A DNA stretch of 16,665 nt from Fonticula alba ATCC 38817 (lineage: Eukaryota > Protista > Nucleariida): NCBI GenBank assembly GCA_000388065.2, contig KB932204.1, one strand, 5' to 3'. Positions 1 through 8,402 of this stretch are shown one piece after another. How positions within the stretch are numbered: the first letter of the stretch is position 1; each line of letters starts with the position of its first letter. A program made the position numbers and the translations under genes. The notes below the pieces were generated by a model, which saw only the letters and a list, made by a program, of their open reading frames with translations, made no database searches and had not been told where the DNA came from.

Positions 1-370
1 CCTCCCCATGCATCCTCCCCGCCTGCGCTCTCCTCACCCCCGGCTGGTCTAACCCTGCTCCCCGCTTCCCCCCGCCCTGCACAGGCATCCCCCTGCCGGC
101 CCGTACATGTATATGAGTGACGACCGCTGTGCCGCCGCTCCCCCTCTCACTTCCTCTTCCGAGTCCTGGCCCGGACCGCACGCCGGCACCCCGACAACCG
201 CCGACACAGCAAGCCGGCCACTCGCCTGAGCGCCCCGTGGCCTCCCCCCCCCCCTCTCCGTCTCTCTCTCTCTCTCTCTCTTTGCCCCTCCCCCCTCTCT
301 GCTGGCATACATCTTGTGCCTGCTCCCGGCTGTCGCGTCCCCGCCCCCTTCCCCTCTCCTGCCCGCGCGC

Positions 371-3242
371 ATGAGCTTCACCACCGACAGCATGACCGCC
401 CCCTCGCCGGGGTACTTCACCCCGGGGCTCTTCCCGCCAGAGCCCACTCCCCCGGCCGGAGCCCGCGAGCCGAGCTCCCTGCCGGCGCTGCTGGTGCCGG
501 CCACCCCGCCCGGGCCGGCCCCCTCGGATGCCCTTTGGCTGGGGCCGGATGGCGGATCGCGCTTCGGGCCCACCCCGGTCGGTGCCGCGGCGGGCCCTGG
601 CCCGGGGCCGGCCATCGACCCCGGCGCCCCGGGCCCGGCTCCCCTGTCGGACTCCCTGTCGCAGTTGGACTTCCCGGAGTTCGGCCCGAGCGCCCCCGGG
701 TCCGGCGCCATGGGGTCCCTTCGGCCGGGGGAGCCCTTGGCGCCGGCCGCATCCACGGCCGGGCCCATGCCCGGGTCCCAGCCGGACCTCGGCCTGCTGA
801 TGCACCACCCGCTACACCACCTGCCGGCTGGGGCCTCGGCCGATGGGGCCTTCCCGGCGCTGGACCAGCTGCTGCCGGTGGCCGCCGCCCCGGCGGCCGT
901 CGGTGACCCGAGCATTCCGCTGCCCGGCCTGGCGGTCGATGCCCAGGCCGGTGTTGCCCCGTCGGCCTTTGGCCCGGGGCTGCCGAGCGTCCTGGAGACC
1001 TCCAGCCCCGGCGCCATCTCCTGGGCCCCGGCCGAGCCGACGATCCCCCTGCCGGAGGCCGAGGCCGGCGGCGCGCCCGTGCCAGGCCCCGACCCCCGGC
1101 CCGATGCCGCCCCCCAGCCGGAGCCCGTCGCACCCGGCGCCGGGGATGGGCCCGAGCCAACGGCCCCGGCCCCGGCCCCGGACCCGGCGGCCCCCTCGGC
1201 TTCGGACCCGGACCCGGCCCCGGCCCCGGCCTCCGCCCCGGCGGCTGACACCACCCGCCGGACTCCCACCGGCAAGCCTCTCACCGGTGCGCCATCCCCC
1301 CTCCGCCCCGCCCCGGGGCAGAAGAGCAGCCTCTCATGTGCTGGCTCCCCCCCCCTCCCCCCTCTCCCCCCCTCCTGCTCGCTCTCGGGCGTCGCTGACC
1401 GCGTACATGGCCGCCCTCGCCTTCGCTCCCCTCGCCTTCGCTCTCCCGCGGCGCATCCTGCCGCCGTAGCCTTCCAGCTGTTCAGCCGCCAGGAGCGCCC
1501 GAAGATCCGCGCGCAGCACAATGGCCTGAAGATCCCCATCGGCGAGATGAGCCGATTGATCGGGGCCCGGTGGCGCAGCCTGCCGGACGCCGAGCGCCAG
1601 GTGTTCGTGGACCGTGCACAGCGCATCGCCGACCGGGATCGGGCCCTGGCCGAGTCACAGTCGACGGCCGGGGCCGCCGGTCCGGGGGCCCCCCCCGGCG
1701 CTGCCAGCCCGGCCGGCCCTCCCGCCGTGGCGCCTGCCCGTTGCTCGAAGAAGAAATCATCCAAGGACCGGGCGCCCGCCGCGGCCGGGGCCGCCACCGC
1801 CGCCGCCGAGGCCAAGCCCACCAAGCCCTCACGCGTACGTCCTGCTCCGGTCGCCTTGCCGGGCTCCGCTGCCGCGCTTGCCCTCCCCCCTCCCCCTTTG
1901 CTCTCCGCCACGCCACTCACATGTGCCCCCCTGTTGCGGGCTTTTGCCACGCAGCCTAAGCGCCCGATCAACTCCTTCCTCCTCTTCAATCGCCTCATCC
2001 GGCCGACCATCCTGGAGGAGACCCCCGGGCTGACGGCCGTCGAGATCAGCCTGCGCGTGGGGGAAAAGTGGCGGTCCCTGTCGAAGGAGGAGCGCGCGGT
2101 CTTCGTTCAGAAGGCCGAAAACATTCGCGTGGCCTTCTGGAAGGAGAACCCCGACTTCAAGTACCACGGCGAGACGCCGGCGGCCAGCGGCAGCGAGCCG
2201 GAGGCCGCCGCATCGGACGAGGCCGGCTCCGGGGCCACCGCCAGCGGGGGGGATCCCCCCTCGCCGGAGCAGGTCCCGGCCGCGGCCGCGGCCTCGGCCC
2301 CGGAGCCGGAGCCGGAGCCAGCCTCGGCCCCGACCATCGCCGCCGGGCCCGGCTGCTACGAGCCCACGGTGGTCGGCTATTCGCAGTGCTCCCGCGGCGG
2401 GTGCATCCCGCCCATCCTTCGGGACAAGTCCGCGGCCAAGGCCCGGCATTGCCTGGATTCCGGCGACACCACCAGCGTCGGGCGCATGTTCGCCGACCTG
2501 CGGGCCGGCGGCCCGGCTGCCGTTGCGGGCCCGGTGGCCGAGGCGACGCCCGCCGCGTGCTGCGCCTGCGGGGCCGGCTACGCCCCGGGCCCTGCGACCG
2601 GGCCGGTGGAGTACATTGCGTACCCGGCGCCGGGGCCAGGGCCGGCGGTCGGCGCCGGCGGTGGCGGCGCCGGCGGCGGCGGCTCGGGTCCCGGCGGCGG
2701 CTTCCCGGGGCCGCATCTGCCGGCCGCGGGGCCGCCCCCGCCCCCGCCGGCGGCGACCGCCCCCGCCCCCGCCGGCCCCGAGCACCCGGGGTACGGTGTG
2801 TATGCCGGACCGGGTGCCGGGCCCTCGGCCGCCGGGGACCTTTCGGCCGTGAGCGCCTTCTTCTCGACCGCGCCCCCCGGCGGCTCCGGCGAGGGGCTGG
2901 TGGTGGATCCGGGCCCCGGGCCGGGGTCCTACTTCCGCCAGTCGACCCTCACGGCGGAGGAGATTTCCTCCTCGGCGTCGGAGGCCGCGGCCACCAGCGC
3001 CCTGGCGCGGTACGGGCACCTGCAGCACCATGGCGGCCCGGAGGCGGCCGGCGCGGCTCCCCCCCTGGCCCCGGGGCCGCTGGAGTATGCCTCGGCCCAG
3101 GCGGTCAACTCGGCCCTGGCGTCGCAATCGGCCTCGGAGGCGGCGGTCGAGGCGGCGGCCTCGTCGACCGGTGCCCTGACCGGCGGCAGCAGCAGCAGCG
3201 AGTCGGACTATGCCGGGGGCTCGCCCTGCCAGCATCCCGGCT

Positions 3243-3277
<35 letters not shown>

Positions 3278-3379
3278 AGTACGAGTGCCGGTGGCGGCTC
3301 CCTTTGTCACTGCCCGGGCGTGCGGCCGCCGGTCCCGCACCACCCCCCTCCCCATGTCCATCCGCACTTCCATCACCAT

Positions 3380-3414
<35 letters not shown>

Positions 3415-4221
3415 GCAACAGCGGCAGCCGCACCCCATGCCGCACTACCGGTTCCCGGCGTCCAGTCCCAGCGGCGAGGCCCTGGCCGCGGTGGGCCGGC
3501 CGCGTGCCGGCTATCCCCCGGCGGCGGCCCCCTTTGCCGGGGAGTTCCTGTACCACTCGGCCCCAATGGGTCCGGCCTTCCAGCCTGGCCCGCTGCCGCG
3601 CGCGGCCTACCAGCAGCATCCGTACCATCCGCCGCCGGGGCCGGCGCAGCCCCGCGCCGCGGTCGCCCATGGCGGCTATGTCCCGGCTGGCCGGCCGGCC
3701 ACGTCGGCCGCCGGTCCTCCGGGCCCGGGGATAGCCCGGGCCAAGGGCCGGGTGCAGCTGAGCCGCGCGGCGCTCATGCGCGGCACCGTGCGCTTTGCAC
3801 GGTCGGAGCTCATCCGCAACCGGCGCCCGGCGTCCAGCCGTGATGTGGCCCGGCTGGCTTGCAGCCGCCTGCGGGCCCTCGGCGAATTTTCCAACATCCC
3901 GCTGCGGGTGGACCCCGACCGGCGCCGGCACCGGTCGTACATCCTGTCGCTGGCCGGGGCCACCCGGGCGCGGTCGGGGGCGCGGGCGCCGTCCGCGGCG
4001 GCCACTGCCACCGCGGCGGCGGTCGCGGGCGCCGGGCCGCCGCCAGCCCTGGTGGCCGCCGCGGCCACCATCATGGAGCAGCCCGCCTCGGCGGCGGTGA
4101 CGACGACGACGACGACGACGACCGTGCCGCTTGATGTGGTCCCCTCGCCGCCGGGGGCCGGGAGCTCGCCGTTCACGACCGAGCCGGCGACCAGCAGCTC
4201 GCCGGATCACCTGCCGACGCC

Positions 4222-4260
<39 letters not shown>

Positions 4261-5136
4261 CTCGCCGCCGCAGCCGCAGCTGGCCACGGCTGGCCCGGGC
4301 GGAATGCCGCTCGATGCCGGGGCCGTGGCCGCGGCCGGCAGTGGGTCCGGCCCGACGGCGGTGGCGGCGGCCGGCGCCGACCCCGCCGAGGCGACCCTGC
4401 TCCAGGTGGAGCTGGCCGGCCCGACCGAGACGCACTTCGAGAGCCAGGAGCTGGACACGGCCGCGCAGCTGGTGGCCCAGGACCTGGGGCTCCCGCTGGC
4501 CGAGCTCCATGCCACGGCCGCGGTCGACACGGAGCTGCTTCAGGTTTCCGAGCAGGGCACCGTGGAGGCCATCTGCCCGACGCTCTTCCCGCCGGGGGCC
4601 GGTGCTCCCGCCGGGGGGGCCGGCGAGCAGCCCCCGGGGTCCGATGTCCCGCTGCCGCTGCCCTCCGAGCCGGGCTTCGTGTATGACCAGCAGGCGGTGC
4701 CGGCCGGGGGACCTCCGGCGCCATCGGGCCCGGCCCCCCAGCACTATCACTTCCAGCAGCCATACTACCCGCTGCAGCGGCCGGCATTCCCGGGCCCCGG
4801 CGAGGGGGCCGCCTATCAGGCGGTGGCCGCCGGTGGTGGGTATCCCCCGGCGGCGGCGGCGGCGGCGGCAGCGGGGGCGCCCCCGCCGCCGTCCTCGCCG
4901 CGGCAGATCCAGCTGTACCACCCGCCGGCGGGGCAGCCGCCTCCCCATCCGGGGCACTTCCATGACCCGGGCGCGGCCTTCCCCCCCCCCGCCTTGGCGA
5001 GTGGGTCATCCACCGCCGAGCTGGCAGGCTCGGTCAGCCGGGCCAGCGCTGCGCACCTGCCGCCTCAGCATGCTTTCCCGGCGCAGGGCCCCGGGCATCA
5101 CCCGCATTTCCAGCCACCAGCAGGGGCCGGGTCTCA

Positions 5137-5172
<36 letters not shown>

Positions 5173-5527
5173 TCAGCAACATCAGCAGCAACATCAGCAG
5201 CAACATCAGCAACATCAGTCTCAGCAGCAGCACCAGCAGCAGCACCAGCAGCAGCACCAGCAGCAGCACCAGCAGCAGCACTACTCCCCCCCGGGCGCCG
5301 GGCATCCGTACCTGGACCGGGCGCCGGGGCTCGACCCTGTGGTTCCGTGCCATCGGCACGCGGTGACCGGGACCGTCCCCGGGCCTGGGCATCACCATCC
5401 CCATCACCACCCCCACCACCACCACCACCACCACCATCGCCTGTCGATGGGCATGGCGGCCCCCTCATCTCCCTCTCCCTCGCTGGCGGCTGCACCTGCG
5501 CCCTCCTCGCGAGCGGGGTACTACTGA
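371..5527 (+). CDS. Large low-complexity transcription-factor-like protein with two HMG boxes; predicted exons 371-1286, 1470-1834, 1955-5527
   Basis: ATG at 371 and TGA at 5525-5527. Removing intron 1287-1469 (GTGCGC...TAG) gives GKPLT|AFQLFSRQERPKIRAQHNGLKIPIGEMSRLIGARWRSLPDAERQVFVDRA, an HMG box. Removing intron 1835-1954 (GTACGT...CAG) gives PSR|PKRPINSFLLFNRLIRPTILEETPGLTAVEISLRVGEKWRSLSKEERAVFVQKAENIRVAFWKENPDFKY, a second HMG box. The rest is Pro/Ala/Gly-rich with polyQ and polyH tracts. Start codon and absence of further introns are not certain. Confidence 0.85.
1271..1650 (+). other. HMG box 1 (interrupted by intron 1287-1469), HMGB-like
   Basis: After splicing it reads KPLTAFQLF...RPKI...GEMSRLIGARWRSL..AERQVF...A, matching the HMG-box consensus P(L/P)(S/T)AF.LF...R..I.....EIS..LG..W..L...EK..(F/Y). 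Confidence 0.8.
1287..1469 (+). other. Spliceosomal intron (183 nt, in frame, stop-free)
   Basis: GTGCGC donor, pyrimidine-rich body, CTGAC branch-like site near 1395, TAG acceptor; removal restores the HMG-box PLTAF motif. Confidence 0.75.
1835..1954 (+). other. Spliceosomal intron (120 nt, in frame, stop-free)
   Basis: GTACGT donor, CTCAC branch-like site near 1914, pyrimidine tract, CAG acceptor immediately before PKRP. Confidence 0.7.
1955..2164 (+). other. HMG box 2, SOX/TCF/MATA-like
   Basis: Begins PKRPINSF and ends KENPDFKY, resembling the KRPMNAF...KEHPDYKY hallmarks of sequence-specific HMG boxes. Confidence 0.9.
3380..3412 (+). repeat. (CAG)11 polyQ tract
   Basis: Read directly from the sequence, in the coding frame. 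Confidence 0.9.
4226..4258 (+). repeat. (CAG)11 polyQ tract
   Basis: Read directly from the sequence, in the coding frame. Confidence 0.9.
5135..5283 (+). repeat. Compound Gln/His coding repeat (CAG, CAGCAACAT and CAGCAGCAGCAC units)
   Basis: Encodes QQQQQQQQQQQQHQQHQQQHQQQHQQHQSQQQHQQQH...; followed by a His tract near 5390-5437. Confidence 0.9.
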
Positions 5528-5683
5528 TGGGGTCTTTCTCCGCCCCCTCCCCTGGGGGAGGGGGTGGCGCGAGAAACCAAGCACACCCACCAGCCCGTCG
5601 AGCAGCCGGGGGTACGGCGTCCATCTCCCGCCTCCCTGGTCGTTCCGGGCCCCCTCCCCCAGAGCATATACACATATCAAGCC

Positions 5684-5689
5684 AATAAA
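5684..5689 (+). terminator. Candidate polyadenylation signal for the HMG gene
   Basis: AATAAA about 157 nt after the stop codon, in a locally AT-rich patch. Use of this signal in this lineage is unknown. Confidence 0.4.
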
Positions 5690-5820
5690 CAATGTTCAAA
5701 CACACGCGCGTGTCCTCCCCCGGCCGGTGCGCCTGCCATCTCTGTGTCTCTACGCGCAAGCATGCGCATATGTACATTGGGGTGTGACCAGCCTCCGATT
5801 CTCTTTCTCTTCTCCCCTCT

Positions 5821-5858
5821 GCGCGCACGCGCACACGCACACACACACACACACACAC
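5821..5858. repeat. Alternating purine-pyrimidine (GC/CA)n microsatellite between convergent genes
   Basis: gcgcgcacgcgcacacgcacacacacacacacacacac. Confidence 0.8.
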
Positions 5859-6089
5859 GGCGATGGGGATGGCAAGGCAGAAGAAGACCCCCCCCCCCCC
5901 GCCCCCCGCCCCGGAACAGCAGCCCCACCAATGACAGAGGCAGCTCTATTTTGCATGGACACCACAAGAACACCGGGGCGTCAGGAGGAGCGCTCCCCTC
6001 CCGGGGGAGGGAGCGGGGACAGCAGGATGCCGGGACACATGCACTCGCGCATGCGGGACGGGGGATGCACCTCCATCAAATGCGGCACA

Positions 6090-7802
6090 TCACTTGCGGC
6101 CGTAGCGGCTGAGGAAGTCCTTGTGGAAGTCGGACCCCTTGGCCGTGATCAGCAGGGCCGGCACGCGGTTGATGATGCAGTAGGTCGGCTGGGCCAGGGT
6201 GGCGCCCAGGCGCTGGCGCAGGGGCACATCGATGAGCTTGGCCGTGCCGTCGGTGCTGTCGCGGGTGGACTCGTACGACACACAGGCATTCTTCAGGGTG
6301 TAGTCGCCGCGCTCGTCCCAGGGGGCCCGCTCGCCGAGGACCACCGCCAGCTGGTCCGACAGCAGGTCATCCTCGCAGAAGTCCTGAATCAGCTCGGTGA
6401 CCATGTACTCCGGGTACACCAGCAGCACCGGCCAGTGCAGGCGCCCGCGCTTGTCCAGGTACACCGGCGGCAGGGTGACCCCCGGCGGCACCGGCAGCTC
6501 GACATTGGCCATGTCCTCGACCCAGAGCTTGCGCGCGGCGAAGGCCTTCTTCAGCGGGGCGTCCGCCTCGTCGGCCTTGCGCTGCTCCTCGGCCCGGGCG
6601 GCCGTGGCCGCCTCGTGCTTGGCCCGGGCATCGGAGATGCTGCGGCGCTCGCCCAGCAGGGCCATGTTCTTGGGGTCCACCTTGAGGCCGAGCTCGCAGT
6701 ACTCCAGCGCCTCGGTGAACTGGTTGAGACGGTTGTGCGCCCGCGCCAGGCGGAAGTACGCCCGGACATTGGAAGGGTCATGGCGCAGGGCCTCCAGGCA
6801 GTCCTTCTTGGCGCGGCCGTAGTTGGTCATCTGCGGCATGGGCATGTGCATTGGGGCGGGCGGGCGGGCGGGAGTGTGTCGGGGTGAGGAAGAGCGGGGC
6901 TGCGCGTGCAGGCAGGGATGTCCGCGGCAAAAGGGAAGAGCGACAGGGGGCTGGATGCGCATCGGGACTCGAGGAATATGCCTGGCCCGTATACACGCTT
7001 GCATGTGCGCCTGCGCACGAGGACGCAGCATGTATGAGCGAACACAGCATGTGTAGGCGGACACAGCATGTGTAGGCGGACACAGCATGTGTAGGCGGAC
7101 ACATATGCATACATGCATACATGCGTACATGCGTACATGCGTACATGCACACACATGCACGTACATGCACACACATGCACACACACACACACACACATGC
7201 ACACACACGAAACAGTCACACATTCCCAAACGCACCTCCAGATGCACGGCCGCACGGTTGGTCAGGCAGATGGACGCCACCGCGGCCGGGACGCCCTCGG
7301 TCTCCAGGGCCTTGGTGTAGAACTCCAGCGCGGTGGCATACTTGGCCGAGCCGGCACGGAAGGCCTCATTGCCGCGGTCCTTGAAGTTGTTGGCCACCTC
7401 CTCCGGCGTGCCCTCATACAGCAGGGCCTGCAGGGCATCCAGCGCGGTGTTCCCCTCGGTCGAGCTCAGATGGCTGTTGGTCGAGCCGCCAGAGAAGGCC
7501 TCATCCGCCTTGCCGGCCGTCTGGCCGATGGAGGAGAGGTCCTCCTCGGTCATCAGCAGCGGCACGCTCCGGCGCACCTTCTCAAAGGCCTTGAGGATGT
7601 CCTCCTCCTCCTCCTCCTCCGCCGCCGCCGCCGGCTGCTGGTCCTCCTCCTTGGCGGGCTTGGACTCGGAGGCCGGCTTGGCGGCGGCGGCGGCGGCGGC
7701 GGCCTTCTCCTCGGAGATGGACATGGCCGACACGCCGGCGGCCATAGCCCCGGGCGAGATGATGGTATCCTCGATAATGTCCTCGGGCTTGGGAGAGGTC
7801 AT
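6090..7802 (-). CDS. TTC4: TPR-containing Hsp70/Hsp90 co-chaperone, TTC4/Cns1 family; exons 7802-7236 and 6830-6090 (435 aa)
   Basis: N-terminal PLLMT motif; three TPRs (ANNFKDRGNEAF...ALEFYTKAL; LTNRAAVHLE|MTNYGRAKKDCLEALRHDPSNVRAYFRLARAH...ALEYCELGLKVDPKN); C-terminal wheel-domain motif LHWPVLLVYPEY..TELIQDF.E. Intron 7235-6831 (GTGCGT...CAG, phase 0) joins TPR2 cleanly. Confidence 0.92.
   Translation of the reverse strand: MTSPKPEDIIEDTIISPGAMAAGVSAMSISEEKAAAAAAAAKPASESKPAKEEDQQPAAAAEEEEEEDILKAFEKVRRSVPLLMTEEDLSSIGQTAGKADEAFSGGSTNSHLSSTEGNTALDALQALLYEGTPEEVANNFKDRGNEAFRAGSAKYATALEFYTKALETEGVPAAVASICLTNRAAVHLEVRLGMCDCFVCVHVCVCVCACVCMYVHVCACTHVRMYACMHVCICVRLHMLCPPTHAVSAYTCCVRSYMLRPRAQAHMQACIRARHIPRVPMRIQPPVALPFCRGHPCLHAQPRSSSPRHTPARPPAPMHMPMPQMTNYGRAKKDCLEALRHDPSNVRAYFRLARAHNRLNQFTEALEYCELGLKVDPKNMALLGERRSISDARAKHEAATAARAEEQRKADEADAPLKKAFAARKLWVEDMANVELPVPPGVTLPPVYLDKRGRLHWPVLLVYPEYMVTELIQDFCEDDLLSDQLAVVLGERAPWDERGDYTLKNACVSYESTRDSTDGTAKLIDVPLRQRLGATLAQPTYCIINRVPALLITAKGSDFHKDFLSRYGRK
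7042..7205. repeat. Intronic tandem repeats: 19-mer ACACAGCATGTGTAGGCGG x3 (7042-7098), then ACATGC(A/G)T-type 8-mers and (CA)n
   Basis: Read directly from the sequence; lies inside the TTC4 intron. Confidence 0.85.
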
Positions 7803-8402
7803 GTCAAAAAAGCAGCGGCAGGGGCCCGACAGAAGGGGAAGGCAAAAGAAGAAGGGAGGGGGGGGGGAATGGGGAAATGTATGAAGGGACGGGGCAGTAG
7901 GGAGCAGGGATGCAGCAGCCGCCCGGGTGGGGCAGCCCCTCCGGCATCCGATCTCTTGAGGCCGCCAGCCCGCCACCGGCCGACATATGCTTACCCGGGC
8001 GACGCGCGATCTTCCGGCCCATGGCGCAGATCGCCCCGCGCCGCCTCTGTCCACCGCCGCAATCCGGGCGTGCGGGCCTCCCTCAAGCTCCTTCTGGCCC
8101 TCTTTGCCCCCCCCCCCCCCCCCCCCCGGGCCCCGGGTCAGCCTGGGCGAGCCCGTGCGATGCGGGCCCCCGCCCCGGGCAAATAGGCCGGACAACAGCG
8201 CGCCCGGGAAAAGGGCGACCCGCCCGCAGGCAGGCCGGCGATCCGCGCCAGGGCGGCGTGCGGCGGGACCTGGGCAGCATGGGTCCGGTCTTGTGATCAT
8301 ACACACCCACCCCGAGCTCCAGAATCCGCATGCTGGCTTGTCGTCTATTCACGTGCACGGGCCGTCGGTGGCTTTGCGGGCGGCGGCGGCCGCCTGGCGG
8401 CC

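Noticed and set aside
49-4963. Very long antisense ORFs (653 aa at 49-2010, 1044 aa at 1829-4963) and many alternate-frame ORFs over the HMG gene
   Set aside because: Arg/Gly/Pro-rich shadows of a high-GC3 coding strand with no domain signal; stops are scarce at this GC content
7042-7098. Three identical 19-mers as a possible CRISPR or iteron array
   Set aside because: Head-to-tail with no spacers and located inside a spliceosomal intron
6090-8306. 738-aa ORF as the full TTC4 protein
   Set aside because: It includes about 170 codons of upstream non-coding-looking sequence and a read-through 405-nt intron; the spliced 435-aa model fits the family
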